Positions 19,111 to 27,282 of a DNA stretch of 64,000 bases are shown piece by piece; position 1 is the first letter of the stretch; every line of letters begins with the position of its first letter. The position numbers and the translations under genes are program-made. The stretch lies in IMG/VR virus record IMGVR_UViG_3300046819_000361, one strand, 5' to 3'. A model generated the notes under the pieces. It ran no database searches, was not told the origin of the DNA, and was given only the letters and a program-made list of their open reading frames with translations. Source of the DNA: a virus. Lineage: Duplodnaviria > Caudoviricetes.

Positions 19111-19319
19111 TATGACCACCTCAATAAGAACCAATGATACATAGCTTCATCGTTAAAATGAAAACATGATTTAGAATGATCATATTTCGCACCAAATTTA
19201 TTCAACTCATCATTTATCGTTGCCCAATATTTGCCTGTGCCAACCATATGGCTACATTGATCGTGTAAATTTTTTAAAACAACCTTTGGGACTATCTTCG
19301 AATCAATTTTTATAGTCAT
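19110..19319 (-). CDS. Array micro-protein, C
   Basis: ends WFLLRWS. Confidence 0.8.
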   Translation of the reverse strand: MTIKIDSKIVPKVVLKNLHDQCSHMVGTGKYWATINDELNKFGAKYDHSKSCFHFNDEAMYHWFLLRWS

Positions 19320-19501
19320 GACCACCTCAATAAGAACCAAGTATACTCTTCATCTGATATCCATAATCTTTCACCAAACGCTGAACAAGTAACTGCACTT
19401 TTAAATCCATTAGCCCTAACACTAGCTTCCCATGTACTGTATCCATCGTTTATAAATTCTGTTTTGTATTTTGGAAAATAATATAAATCGAGTATTTTCA
19501 T
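19316..19501 (-). CDS. Array micro-protein, A
   Basis: ends WFLLRWS. Confidence 0.8.
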   Translation of the reverse strand: MKILDLYYFPKYKTEFINDGYSTWEASVRANGFKSAVTCSAFGERLWISDEEYTWFLLRWS

Positions 19502-19719
19502 GAATACCTCAATATAAACCAATTCTTATGTGCTTCATTTTCAAATGTGATCAAGGTATGATTATCACCAGCTCTAAAAACAAGCCTTGCTGATTTAACA
19601 TAAGGTAATGATTCTATATACCTTATCCAATGACTGAATTCATAAAATTCTGATAATTCCCATTCATCTTGAATATTAGAATCCATGGCAGATAATGCTG
19701 GTACTTTTAATTGTATCAT
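19498..19719 (-). CDS. Array micro-protein, B
   Basis: ends WFILRYS. Confidence 0.8.
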   Translation of the reverse strand: MIQLKVPALSAMDSNIQDEWELSEFYEFSHWIRYIESLPYVKSARLVFRAGDNHTLITFENEAHKNWFILRYS

Positions 19720-19916
19720 GACCACCTCAATAAGAACCAAGTATATTCTTCATCATGCTCAAATACATATGTCCAATTTTCTTTATCAAATGTTGCACGA
19801 TATTCATTAAACACCCAATCTAAATAAATTATAGTACACCCAGGCTCCCATACATTCAACGAGTAATATTCACGCATGGCTAAACACGGTGCTGACTCTA
19901 ATGAGATCGACTTCAT
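19716..19916 (-). CDS. Array micro-protein
   Basis: ends WFLLRWS. Confidence 0.8.
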   Translation of the reverse strand: MKSISLESAPCLAMREYYSLNVWEPGCTIIYLDWVFNEYRATFDKENWTYVFEHDEEYTWFLLRWS

Positions 19917-20110
19917 GACCACCTCAAGACAAACCAAGTATATTCTTCTTCACTTAATTGCCATGATTTATTATCTTTTGAAAAAATTACATACATTGCC
20001 GATTTAAAACCCATTCGTCGCATACATTCATCACCCTTTAACCGAGAATAAGGCTCAGATTGCCATGCAGCAATGAATTTTTTAAATTTATAGATGTCAA
20101 TGTTTTTCAT
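19913..20110 (-). CDS. Array micro-protein, A
   Basis: ends WFVLRWS. Confidence 0.8.
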   Translation of the reverse strand: MKNIDIYKFKKFIAAWQSEPYSRLKGDECMRRMGFKSAMYVIFSKDNKSWQLSEEEYTWFVLRWS

Positions 20111-20304
20111 GAATACCTTATTAAAAACCATGTATATTCTTCATCACTCAAGCCCCAACCAACCTCAATATTAACAAACCTTGCTGATTTGAATCCAACC
20201 TGTCTCATATAATCAGCAGCAGCGTGGTGATAACTAGAAAAATCTGGGTATAAAATCCACTCATCTAAAAATCGAGGAAAATCGTTAATATTAAATGTTT
20301 TCAT
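20107..20304 (-). CDS. Array micro-protein, A
   Basis: ends WFLIRYS. Confidence 0.8.
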   Translation of the reverse strand: MKTFNINDFPRFLDEWILYPDFSSYHHAAADYMRQVGFKSARFVNIEVGWGLSDEEYTWFLIRYS

Positions 20305-20513
20305 AACCATCTCAAAATAAATCAATTGATTATTTCATCTGGTACATTATCGCCGAACTCTATTTCCAGAGCAGGTCTATCATATAAATGTTCATGTCTT
20401 ACCCGGTAATCTTCCACTTTATGTGCAATAAGCCAATTCGTAACTGCTGGGGTAAGTTTAAATAGTAAACCCTCTAAATAAAAATTCTCAAACCCTATCT
20501 TAACCTGTTTCAT
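20301..20513 (-). pseudogene. Array cassette with TGG>TGA at the conserved Trp
   Basis: ...PDEIIN*FILRWL*. Confidence 0.7.
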
Positions 20514-20716
20514 GACCACCTCAATAAATAAAACGTTTTTAATTCTGGGGTTCTAAATTTAATCGCACCAAATTCGTAATTCCGAATTCGTGGATAATAA
20601 TCCCCAATATTTTCTGCGCGGATGAAATCACTATTGAAAATGTAACCTTGTCTACGAGCGTCACGTGCCATTTCCCGATACATCGTGCGTGTTAACTCAG
20701 TCCACGTCGTATCCAT
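20510..20716 (-). CDS. Array micro-protein
   Basis: GGAGGTGGT-ATG start; ends FYLLRWS. Confidence 0.75.
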   Translation of the reverse strand: MDTTWTELTRTMYREMARDARRQGYIFNSDFIRAENIGDYYPRIRNYEFGAIKFRTPELKTFYLLRWS

Positions 20717-20909
20717 ACCACCTCCATGCAAAAAACTCGGCACAATGGATTGTGCTAAACTTAACGATATCATCACCCCATGACCATTTATCATTATCTT
20801 GATAAGGGCCGAACACATGATTGAACCACTCCCACATGTCTTGCCTAAATGCACGTCTAATACAGGAAGTATTAATCGAATACGGATACTGTTCTTTTTC
20901 TATGACCAT
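20697..20909 (-). CDS. Array micro-protein, D
   Basis: ends FFAWRWYGYDVD. Confidence 0.75.
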   Translation of the reverse strand: MVIEKEQYPYSINTSCIRRAFRQDMWEWFNHVFGPYQDNDKWSWGDDIVKFSTIHCAEFFAWRWYGYDVD

Positions 20910-21118
20910 TTTAATATAAACCAGGTTAAATATTTTTCGTTTTCAAATGTTAGGGTAATTGACTTATAATTTTCATCTGCTTTTGCATTGACAATGTGCG
21001 GATCTAATGAGCCAACAAACATTTCATAATTTATCCGGTCAGAGTAGTGGTCATCCTCCCACATAGCCATTAATTTTACATCAAGTGGGCTACCATCATA
21101 TAAAATAAAATCAATCAA
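20900..21118 (-). CDS. Array micro-protein, B
   Basis: TTGA overlap; ends WFILKWS; paralog of 17424. Confidence 0.8.
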   Translation of the reverse strand: MIDFILYDGSPLDVKLMAMWEDDHYSDRINYEMFVGSLDPHIVNAKADENYKSITLTFENEKYLTWFILKWS

Positions 21119-21195
21119 GACCACCTCACTAAAACCCAATTATAACAGGATTCATTGTCGAATTCAATAGAACACTCATTAATTTTCATTGACAT
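21115..21195 (-). CDS. 26-aa minimal cassette (C-terminal motif only)
   Basis: MSMKINECSIEFDNESCYNWVLVRWS. Confidence 0.6.
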   Translation of the reverse strand: MSMKINECSIEFDNESCYNWVLVRWS

Positions 21196-21196
21196 C

Positions 21197-21424
21197 TTAA
21201 CTCCATCTCAATAAGAACCAATTACTATGTTCCCTATAATCAAACCGAATATAATGGGTATCCCTACCAGGCGTGTATCCAGTATAATAATAAAAACGAT
21301 CAGTATTAGGGCCACTACAATGGTCAAATAACCACTCCCATACTTCATCTGACAAGCTATTTTCATAGATGCAATTATCATATAAAGTACCAGTCAGCTT
21401 AATAGTATGGGGATCAAAAATCAT
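21197..21424 (-). CDS. Array micro-protein, D
   Basis: ends WFLLRWS. Confidence 0.8.
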   Translation of the reverse strand: MIFDPHTIKLTGTLYDNCIYENSLSDEVWEWLFDHCSGPNTDRFYYYTGYTPGRDTHYIRFDYREHSNWFLLRWS

Positions 21425-21642
21425 GAATACCTCAATATAAACCAATTCTTATGTGCTTCATTTTCAAATGTGATCAAGGTATGATTATCACCAGCTCTAA
21501 AAACAAGCCTTGCTGATTTAACGTGAGGTAATGATTCTATATACATTGTCCAAGTATCGAACCCATATGATTCTGATGATTCCCATTCCGCTTCGATATT
21601 ACTATCCATAGTAGATGGTGAGGGTACTTTTAATTCACTCAT
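21421..21642 (-). CDS. Array micro-protein, B
   Basis: ends WFILRYS. Confidence 0.8.
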   Translation of the reverse strand: MSELKVPSPSTMDSNIEAEWESSESYGFDTWTMYIESLPHVKSARLVFRAGDNHTLITFENEAHKNWFILRYS

Positions 21643-21842
21643 GACCACCTCAAAATAAACCAAGTTGTGTGTGCGTCATCCTTGAACCAAACATTTGTAT
21701 ATGGGGTATCGTAACGAACCCTGATAATATTCTTGTCAAGTGACTTAATAAATATTTCCCATGATGAAACTCCAGCATTTCTCCATGCATCGTATAACTT
21801 CCACTCTATTGTAGAATTATTCTTTATCGTTAATTGACTCAT
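21639..21842 (-). CDS. Array micro-protein, B
   Basis: ends WFILRWS. Confidence 0.8.
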   Translation of the reverse strand: MSQLTIKNNSTIEWKLYDAWRNAGVSSWEIFIKSLDKNIIRVRYDTPYTNVWFKDDAHTTWFILRWS

Positions 21843-22072
21843 GACCACCTCATTATAAACCAGGTTTTATCTTCTTCCCTAGCAAAATCAATACACGTAT
21901 AATAGGGGTCTTCGAAGTATTCAATTTCACATTCAATACCATCTAATAAAAAATTCAACCATTCTACCCACTCTGTAATATCGCCATGATGAAAAGGTAT
22001 ATCAATACCCCATTGTGCTTCCAGATTGTTATCCATTTTACTACACGTGGGTATCTTTAACTTATAACTCAT
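21839..22072 (-). CDS. Array micro-protein, B
   Basis: ends WFIMRWS. Confidence 0.8.
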   Translation of the reverse strand: MSYKLKIPTCSKMDNNLEAQWGIDIPFHHGDITEWVEWLNFLLDGIECEIEYFEDPYYTCIDFAREEDKTWFIMRWS

Positions 22073-22302
22073 GACCACCTCAATACAAACCAATTCTTAT
22101 GTGCTTCACTTTCAAATGTGATCAAAGTATATGATGGATTATCATCACCATTCCATTCACGCTCATGCCAGGTTGCATCAATGACCGTGGGTAATGATTT
22201 CAAATAATCCAACCAATCATCAATCTGATAAAATTCACTAGCCCACCCAGATTCAAGATTAACATCTATCGTTGAACTAGATATTATAATTAACTCACTC
22301 AT
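22069..22302 (-). CDS. Array micro-protein, B
   Basis: ends WFVLRWS. Confidence 0.8.
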   Translation of the reverse strand: MSELIIISSSTIDVNLESGWASEFYQIDDWLDYLKSLPTVIDATWHEREWNGDDNPSYTLITFESEAHKNWFVLRWS

Positions 22303-22514
22303 GAATATTTTAATAAAAACCAAGTCTTATGTGCTTCATTATCAAATTCAATCTGCATAACTTCAACACCACCCAATTTAACACGGTCAACACTAACTAT
22401 ATTGTCATCAAGCGATTTGATAAAACTATACCACCCAACAATACTAGATGCCAAATATAAATCAGACAGTTTCTTATATAATGGTAAATTATTACCCATA
22501 TACAATACACTCAT
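22299..22514 (-). CDS. Array micro-protein, B
   Basis: ends WFLLKYS. Confidence 0.8.
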   Translation of the reverse strand: MSVLYMGNNLPLYKKLSDLYLASSIVGWYSFIKSLDDNIVSVDRVKLGGVEVMQIEFDNEAHKTWFLLKYS

Positions 22515-22717
22515 GAATACCTCAATATAAACCAAGTCTTATGTGCTTCACTTGTAAATGTGATTCGTGTAATACTACCCGATAAACCACTGACATCAAT
22601 AATGTTCTCATCAAGCGATTTAACAAACTTATACCAGGTATAAGTTTGACTACTAAAAAATAGCCGAGTCAGTTTATGATCTAACGCAGTACCCTCTTTT
22701 AAATATAACTCACTCAT
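22511..22717 (-). CDS. Array micro-protein, B
   Basis: ends WFILRYS. Confidence 0.8.
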   Translation of the reverse strand: MSELYLKEGTALDHKLTRLFFSSQTYTWYKFVKSLDENIIDVSGLSGSITRITFTSEAHKTWFILRYS

Positions 22718-22971
22718 GAATACCTCAATAAAAACCAAGTCTTACCTTCAGCACTATCAAATATAATTTCTTTGACCTCATTATCAAGCCTATCTAAACT
22801 CCCATGATATTTCTGTAATTCCTGATTAATTAGATACCAGGTATCATCACGATCTGGCCAATCTGAATACCTGGACATCAGTTCTCTCACCATGGTCTTC
22901 CATTCATTCGTACAACTGTCCCAAGCAGTTGCACCAATAATGCTTGGTTTATAAATGCTTAATCTAATCAT
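22714..22971 (-). CDS. Array micro-protein, E-like
   Basis: ends WFLLRYS. Confidence 0.8.
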   Translation of the reverse strand: MIRLSIYKPSIIGATAWDSCTNEWKTMVRELMSRYSDWPDRDDTWYLINQELQKYHGSLDRLDNEVKEIIFDSAEGKTWFLLRYS

Positions 22972-23153
22972 GACCACCTCAATACAAACCAAGTATATTC
23001 TTCTTCGCTCAACCCCCATGCATTCACAGTACCATTGGCTTTGAATGTTGCAGTTTTATAACCCATTCTTCTCATTTTTTCATTGAGTGTGCCTGAGTAG
23101 CTTTCACTTTCTTTCCTAAATTTGGGAAAATTTGTAATATCAAACCATTTCAT
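22968..23153 (-). CDS. Array micro-protein, A
   Basis: ends WFVLRWS; close paralog of 26118. Confidence 0.8.
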   Translation of the reverse strand: MKWFDITNFPKFRKESESYSGTLNEKMRRMGYKTATFKANGTVNAWGLSEEEYTWFVLRWS

Positions 23154-23353
23154 GACCATCTCAATATAAACCAATTCTTACGTGCATCATCATCAAACCA
23201 AATATCAGTGTATGGATTAGCATACCGAACACTAATAATATTCTTGTCAAGTGACTTAATAAAGGCTACCCATGTTATAGCTGGACTATTCCGCCATTCA
23301 TCATATAACTTTCTCTCCAAAGCAGATTTATTCTTTATCGTTAATTGACTCAT
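23150..23353 (-). CDS. Array micro-protein, B
   Basis: ends WFILRWS; close paralog of 21639. Confidence 0.8.
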   Translation of the reverse strand: MSQLTIKNKSALERKLYDEWRNSPAITWVAFIKSLDKNIISVRYANPYTDIWFDDDARKNWFILRWS

Positions 23354-23544
23354 GACCACCTCAATAAAAACCAAGTCTTGTGTGCTTCAGTTGCAAACTC
23401 AACGTAGGTAATAAATCTGTTATATGTAACACTGGATATCCCAACTTCATGCCTTGCTATATCCAGCCACTCTATTGTACCATAATATTTGGCTATATTG
23501 TCTTCTAAAGTTGATATCACTGGTATCTCCAATATACAACTCAT
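23350..23544 (-). CDS. Array micro-protein, B
   Basis: ends WFLLRWS. Confidence 0.8.
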   Translation of the reverse strand: MSCILEIPVISTLEDNIAKYYGTIEWLDIARHEVGISSVTYNRFITYVEFATEAHKTWFLLRWS

Positions 23545-23768
23545 GACCACCTCAATAAGAACCAAGTCTTATGTTCTTCTGTCTTGAATTTAACTATAGT
23601 ACCATTGACCCCATTAACTGCTCCAGAACGAACATCAATTATACCCTTACTAATCGATAATAAATAATTAGACCATTGAATATCATCAGCACAATCAGGT
23701 ATATACCATTGCTCTTCTAACTTATAGTCCATAACAGAACCATAGGGTATATGTAACATACAACTCAT
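23541..23768 (-). CDS. Array micro-protein, B
   Basis: ends WFLLRWS. Confidence 0.8.
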   Translation of the reverse strand: MSCMLHIPYGSVMDYKLEEQWYIPDCADDIQWSNYLLSISKGIIDVRSGAVNGVNGTIVKFKTEEHKTWFLLRWS

Positions 23769-23956
23769 GACCACCTCAATACAAACCATGTATATTCTTC
23801 GTCCGATATCAATACTCTATCGGCACTTGCGAAAGTCTGGTCTTCAATTACACTTTTAAAGCCATTAGCTCTAAAAGTAGCTTGCCAAGACGGGAGGCCA
23901 TCCCTCCAAAACATTTCTTTAAATTTTGGAAAATCACTTACATATACCTTTTTCAT
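23765..23956 (-). CDS. Array micro-protein, A
   Basis: ends WFVLRWS. Confidence 0.8.
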   Translation of the reverse strand: MKKVYVSDFPKFKEMFWRDGLPSWQATFRANGFKSVIEDQTFASADRVLISDEEYTWFVLRWS

Positions 23957-24174
23957 GACCACCTCAATACAAACCAGGTCTTATGCGCTTCACTTTCAAA
24001 TGTAATAAGCGTATAGGATGATGCCATCTCCCCACCGTTAACCCATTTCGCATCTTTAACACAGGGCAACAATTTCACCTTCCGTATCCAACCTTCAATA
24101 CTTCCATACCCATTAAAGTAGCATTCAAGATTGTAATCTATAGAACTACTTTGTTGTACTTTTAGTTGTATCAT
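23953..24174 (-). CDS. Array micro-protein, B
   Basis: ends WFVLRWS. Confidence 0.8.
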   Translation of the reverse strand: MIQLKVQQSSSIDYNLECYFNGYGSIEGWIRKVKLLPCVKDAKWVNGGEMASSYTLITFESEAHKTWFVLRWS

Positions 24175-24386
24175 GACCACCTCAAAATAAACCAATTATA
24201 ATAGGCTTCTGACTCAAATGTCAAGGTATATTGATGTATATCATACGTGACATGGTATCGATTTAATTCTGATTCGCGTACCACCAATTGTTTTTCAAAG
24301 CTCATTCCAAGCCATCCCTGCTCGTATAACGACATGGTAAAATTAACCCACCATTCATCCATCAGTGAAGGTTTGATGGTTATCAT
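24171..24386 (-). CDS. Array micro-protein, E
   Basis: ends WFILRWS. Confidence 0.8.
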   Translation of the reverse strand: MITIKPSLMDEWWVNFTMSLYEQGWLGMSFEKQLVVRESELNRYHVTYDIHQYTLTFESEAYYNWFILRWS

Positions 24387-24577
24387 GACCACCTCAATAA
24401 GAACCAAGTATAATCTTCATCTGATAAATCTAACACCGTGCCAAAAAAAGGATGGACAGCATTAACTTTTACACTTTTATATCCATTAGCCCTAATACTA
24501 TCTTCCCATGTATCGTATCCATCATTGTGAAACTCGGTTGTGTATTTTGGAAAATCATTTATCTTAATTGTTTTCAT
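24383..24577 (-). CDS. Array micro-protein, A
   Basis: ends WFLLRWS; paralog of 17033/19316. Confidence 0.8.
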   Translation of the reverse strand: MKTIKINDFPKYTTEFHNDGYDTWEDSIRANGYKSVKVNAVHPFFGTVLDLSDEDYTWFLLRWS

Positions 24578-24777
24578 GACCACCTCAATACAAACCAATT
24601 ACGATCTTCTTCATTACTAAACGCCAATCGATAAAATGGCCAGTTTTCCCAGGTTAACATGAATGTACCCTTACAATTCTTTTTCAACCATTCAGAAGTT
24701 TCATAGGTTAACATAACTCTACCACTCGCTTGAATTGTCCAAGTGGTTGTATGCAATATATCTACATAATATATCAT
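24574..24777 (-). CDS. Array micro-protein, D
   Basis: ends WFVLRWS. Confidence 0.8.
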   Translation of the reverse strand: MIYYVDILHTTTWTIQASGRVMLTYETSEWLKKNCKGTFMLTWENWPFYRLAFSNEEDRNWFVLRWS

Positions 24778-24980
24778 GAGTATTTTATTAAGAAAAAAGT
24801 TTTAGATTCGTCTGATTTAAATACAATAGTAGTACAACCGGGTTCACTACCTGATTGAATATATTCGGCATCAATAATTCCATAATACCCAATAATAAGG
24901 TCTTCCCAAACTACGTTGTTGAATTCTTCACGTAATTTATGATCCATGCTTGAATTTATTTTTACTTTTAGTTGTATCAT
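24774..24980 (-). CDS. Array micro-protein, B
   Basis: ends FFLIKYS. Confidence 0.8.
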   Translation of the reverse strand: MIQLKVKINSSMDHKLREEFNNVVWEDLIIGYYGIIDAEYIQSGSEPGCTTIVFKSDESKTFFLIKYS

Positions 24981-25246
24981 GAATACCTCAATATAAACCA
25001 AGTATAATCCGATTTCTTTCTAAATGCAAATTGAGCACTGCCAAAACCCTTACTCCATACATTACGATCAACATTTTTGATGTTTTTATGAATCCAGTCT
25101 ACTACCTCGGCATAACCTTCCAAATCTGCAACAAATCCAAGTAAGTTGAGTTGTTTAACCGTATATACCCCAGCCCATCCTTCTGGAAGATCCATGTAAT
25201 AACCATCTGATGTAATAGGCCAATTGCCTGTAAATATATTCTTCAT
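24977..25246 (-). CDS. Array micro-protein, D-like
   Basis: ends WFILRYS. Confidence 0.8.
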   Translation of the reverse strand: MKNIFTGNWPITSDGYYMDLPEGWAGVYTVKQLNLLGFVADLEGYAEVVDWIHKNIKNVDRNVWSKGFGSAQFAFRKKSDYTWFILRYS

Positions 25247-25470
25247 GAATACCTCAATATAAACCAAGTCTTATGTTCTTCACTATCAAATGTGATCAAG
25301 GTATGATTATCACCCTCCCCATAAACAAACTTTGCATCTTTAACATGCGGTAATGATTCTATATGCCCAGTCCAAGAAATGTCGTACCCATAAAATTTCT
25401 CTGATAACTCCCATTCCGCATAGATATTACGATCCATAGATGAGAAAGTGACTACCTTTAATTGACTCAT
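25243..25470 (-). CDS. Array micro-protein, B
   Basis: ends WFILRYS. Confidence 0.8.
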   Translation of the reverse strand: MSQLKVVTFSSMDRNIYAEWELSEKFYGYDISWTGHIESLPHVKDAKFVYGEGDNHTLITFDSEEHKTWFILRYS

Positions 25471-25715
25471 GACCACCTCAATAAAAACCAAGTCTTATGT
25501 TCTTCATTACCAAATCCATAGGTAGAACCAGTATACTCCCATTTCTCAAACGCCCATACCCGGTCTTTTCTATTGAGTACTAGCCTTCTACCGGACGATA
25601 GTGTTAAATAATCATGCCCAAACTGTGATCTTAACCATGCTGACGCTTCTACACTATCACTTTTTATAGTAGCTTTAAACGGGTATTTCTTTTTCCATCC
25701 TAATTTTTGACTCAT
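25467..25715 (-). CDS. Array micro-protein, D
   Basis: ends WFLLRWS. Confidence 0.8.
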   Translation of the reverse strand: MSQKLGWKKKYPFKATIKSDSVEASAWLRSQFGHDYLTLSSGRRLVLNRKDRVWAFEKWEYTGSTYGFGNEEHKTWFLLRWS

Positions 25716-25915
25716 GCATACCTCAATATAAACCAAGTCTTATGTGCTTCACTCTCAAATGTAATATCAGTGTAGAAGGCATCAACAAACACATCAACTA
25801 TATTATCATCAAGTGTTTTAATAAACTCAGGCCAATTATAATAACTAGATGCCATATATAACTTAACAATGTTAAGACCCACTCGTGATTCCCTATATAA
25901 CGTAAGTACATTCAT
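25712..25915 (-). CDS. Array micro-protein, B
   Basis: ends WFILRYA. Confidence 0.8.
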   Translation of the reverse strand: MNVLTLYRESRVGLNIVKLYMASSYYNWPEFIKTLDDNIVDVFVDAFYTDITFESEAHKTWFILRYA

Positions 25916-26121
25916 GACCACCTCAATACAAACCAAGTAAAATCCACATCATCCATACACCAACCTTGCCCAGGTTCAGCCATAATCGCAGATCTATATC
26001 CTTCACGTATCATTATCTCACTATATAAGGGTCTTTTACCAGTTATCTCCAGTTCATCTTCAGCAATACGTTTTGCATAATAGTAAAAATTTGGGTAGTC
26101 AGTTATATGAAACTGCTTCAT
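25912..26121 (-). CDS. Array micro-protein, A
   Basis: ends WFVLRWS. Confidence 0.8.
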   Translation of the reverse strand: MKQFHITDYPNFYYYAKRIAEDELEITGKRPLYSEIMIREGYRSAIMAEPGQGWCMDDVDFTWFVLRWS

Positions 26122-26300
26122 GAAAACCTCAACACAAACCAGGTATATTCTTCTTCACTTAAACCCCATGCATTAGGACCTTGAAGTCTGAATTTTGCAG
26201 ATTTAAAACCCATTCTTCTCATCGTATCATCGAGCGTACCTGAATAGTTTAGTGCTTCTTTTCTAAAATTGGGAAAATTTGTGACATTAAACCATTTCAT
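26118..26300 (-). CDS. Array micro-protein, A
   Basis: ends WFVLRFS. Confidence 0.8.
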   Translation of the reverse strand: MKWFNVTNFPNFRKEALNYSGTLDDTMRRMGFKSAKFRLQGPNAWGLSEEEYTWFVLRFS

Positions 26301-26479
26301 GACCACCTCAATACAAACCAAGTATACTCAATATCATCCATCTCATATATTAAATCATTCAAATCATGCACCCTGACAGATGGAAACCCATTATTACGTA
26401 AACTTTCACACCATGTATCATACCCATCACCAGCAGCAAACCTACGAAATTTCGGAAACCCCATTAAATTAAAAATCAT
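26297..26479 (-). CDS. Array micro-protein, A
   Basis: ends WFVLRWS. Confidence 0.8.
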   Translation of the reverse strand: MIFNLMGFPKFRRFAAGDGYDTWCESLRNNGFPSVRVHDLNDLIYEMDDIEYTWFVLRWS

Positions 26480-26664
26480 AAAAACCTCAATATAAACCAA
26501 GTCCAATGCTCATCACTCATAGAATACGAATTTTCACGTCCAAACGGCCCATGCTGATCAACTGAACTATATCCAGCCCTTTTTAAACTATCATACCAAG
26601 TACCACTGTCACTTTCATATTCTTCAATAAACTTCGGAAACTCCAGTAAATTAAAATACTTCAT
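26476..26664 (-). CDS. Array micro-protein, A
   Basis: ends WFILRFL. Confidence 0.8.
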   Translation of the reverse strand: MKYFNLLEFPKFIEEYESDSGTWYDSLKRAGYSSVDQHGPFGRENSYSMSDEHWTWFILRFL

Positions 26665-26885
26665 GACCACCTCAATACAAATAACGTATAATACGCTTCA
26701 TTTTCAAATTCGATAACATCATGGTTAGAAATAGTCGCATGAAATTTTAATAACTCATCACGCTCAACTTGCTGACATAACAAGTCACCTATCGATGGAT
26801 CAATACCAGCAGTCCAACCACAATGCTCCTCAAGATTGCTTTTTATTGATGTAGGTAAATCATCATACAATATACAAAATGTCAT
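26661..26885 (-). CDS. Array micro-protein, C
   Basis: ends LFVLRWS. Confidence 0.8.
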   Translation of the reverse strand: MTFCILYDDLPTSIKSNLEEHCGWTAGIDPSIGDLLCQQVERDELLKFHATISNHDVIEFENEAYYTLFVLRWS

Positions 26886-27103
26886 GTCCACCTCAACACA
26901 AACCAATTATAATAGGCTTCTGATTCAAAAATCAAAGTAGTAAACTCGAACGGCTCCCGATCTATAACGATTGCATTAAATTTTGCCAACTCATCTTTAA
27001 CATTAGCATAATATACTGGACCAGATGCTTCATTAATCAAACAATGAACGTTAAACTTGCTCCAATTAATCTTTACATCAACATCTCTTATTACAAAACT
27101 CAT
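26882..27103 (-). CDS. Array micro-protein, C
   Basis: ends WFVLRWT. Confidence 0.8.
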   Translation of the reverse strand: MSFVIRDVDVKINWSKFNVHCLINEASGPVYYANVKDELAKFNAIVIDREPFEFTTLIFESEAYYNWFVLRWT

Positions 27104-27282
27104 GACCACCTCAATATAAACCAGGTATATTCTTCTGCACTCAAACTATGTCTAGGATAACTACTACAATCATATTCATAAGTCTTAAACCCATGCACTT
27201 TAAACGATTCAACCCAATCCAACTCCTGTGTCTCATTCATGAATTTATGGAACGTAGATGCACTAAATTTTACTCGCTTCAT
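27100..27282 (-). CDS. Array micro-protein, A (first, leader-proximal cassette)
   Basis: GAGGTGATC-ATG start; ends WFILRWS. Confidence 0.8.
   Translation of the reverse strand: MKRVKFSASTFHKFMNETQELDWVESFKVHGFKTYEYDCSSYPRHSLSAEEYTWFILRWS

Noticed and set aside
13462-20324. Alternative genetic code (TAG/TGA reassigned)
   Set aside because: TGA and TAG terminate many genes here and long core genes are intact under the standard code
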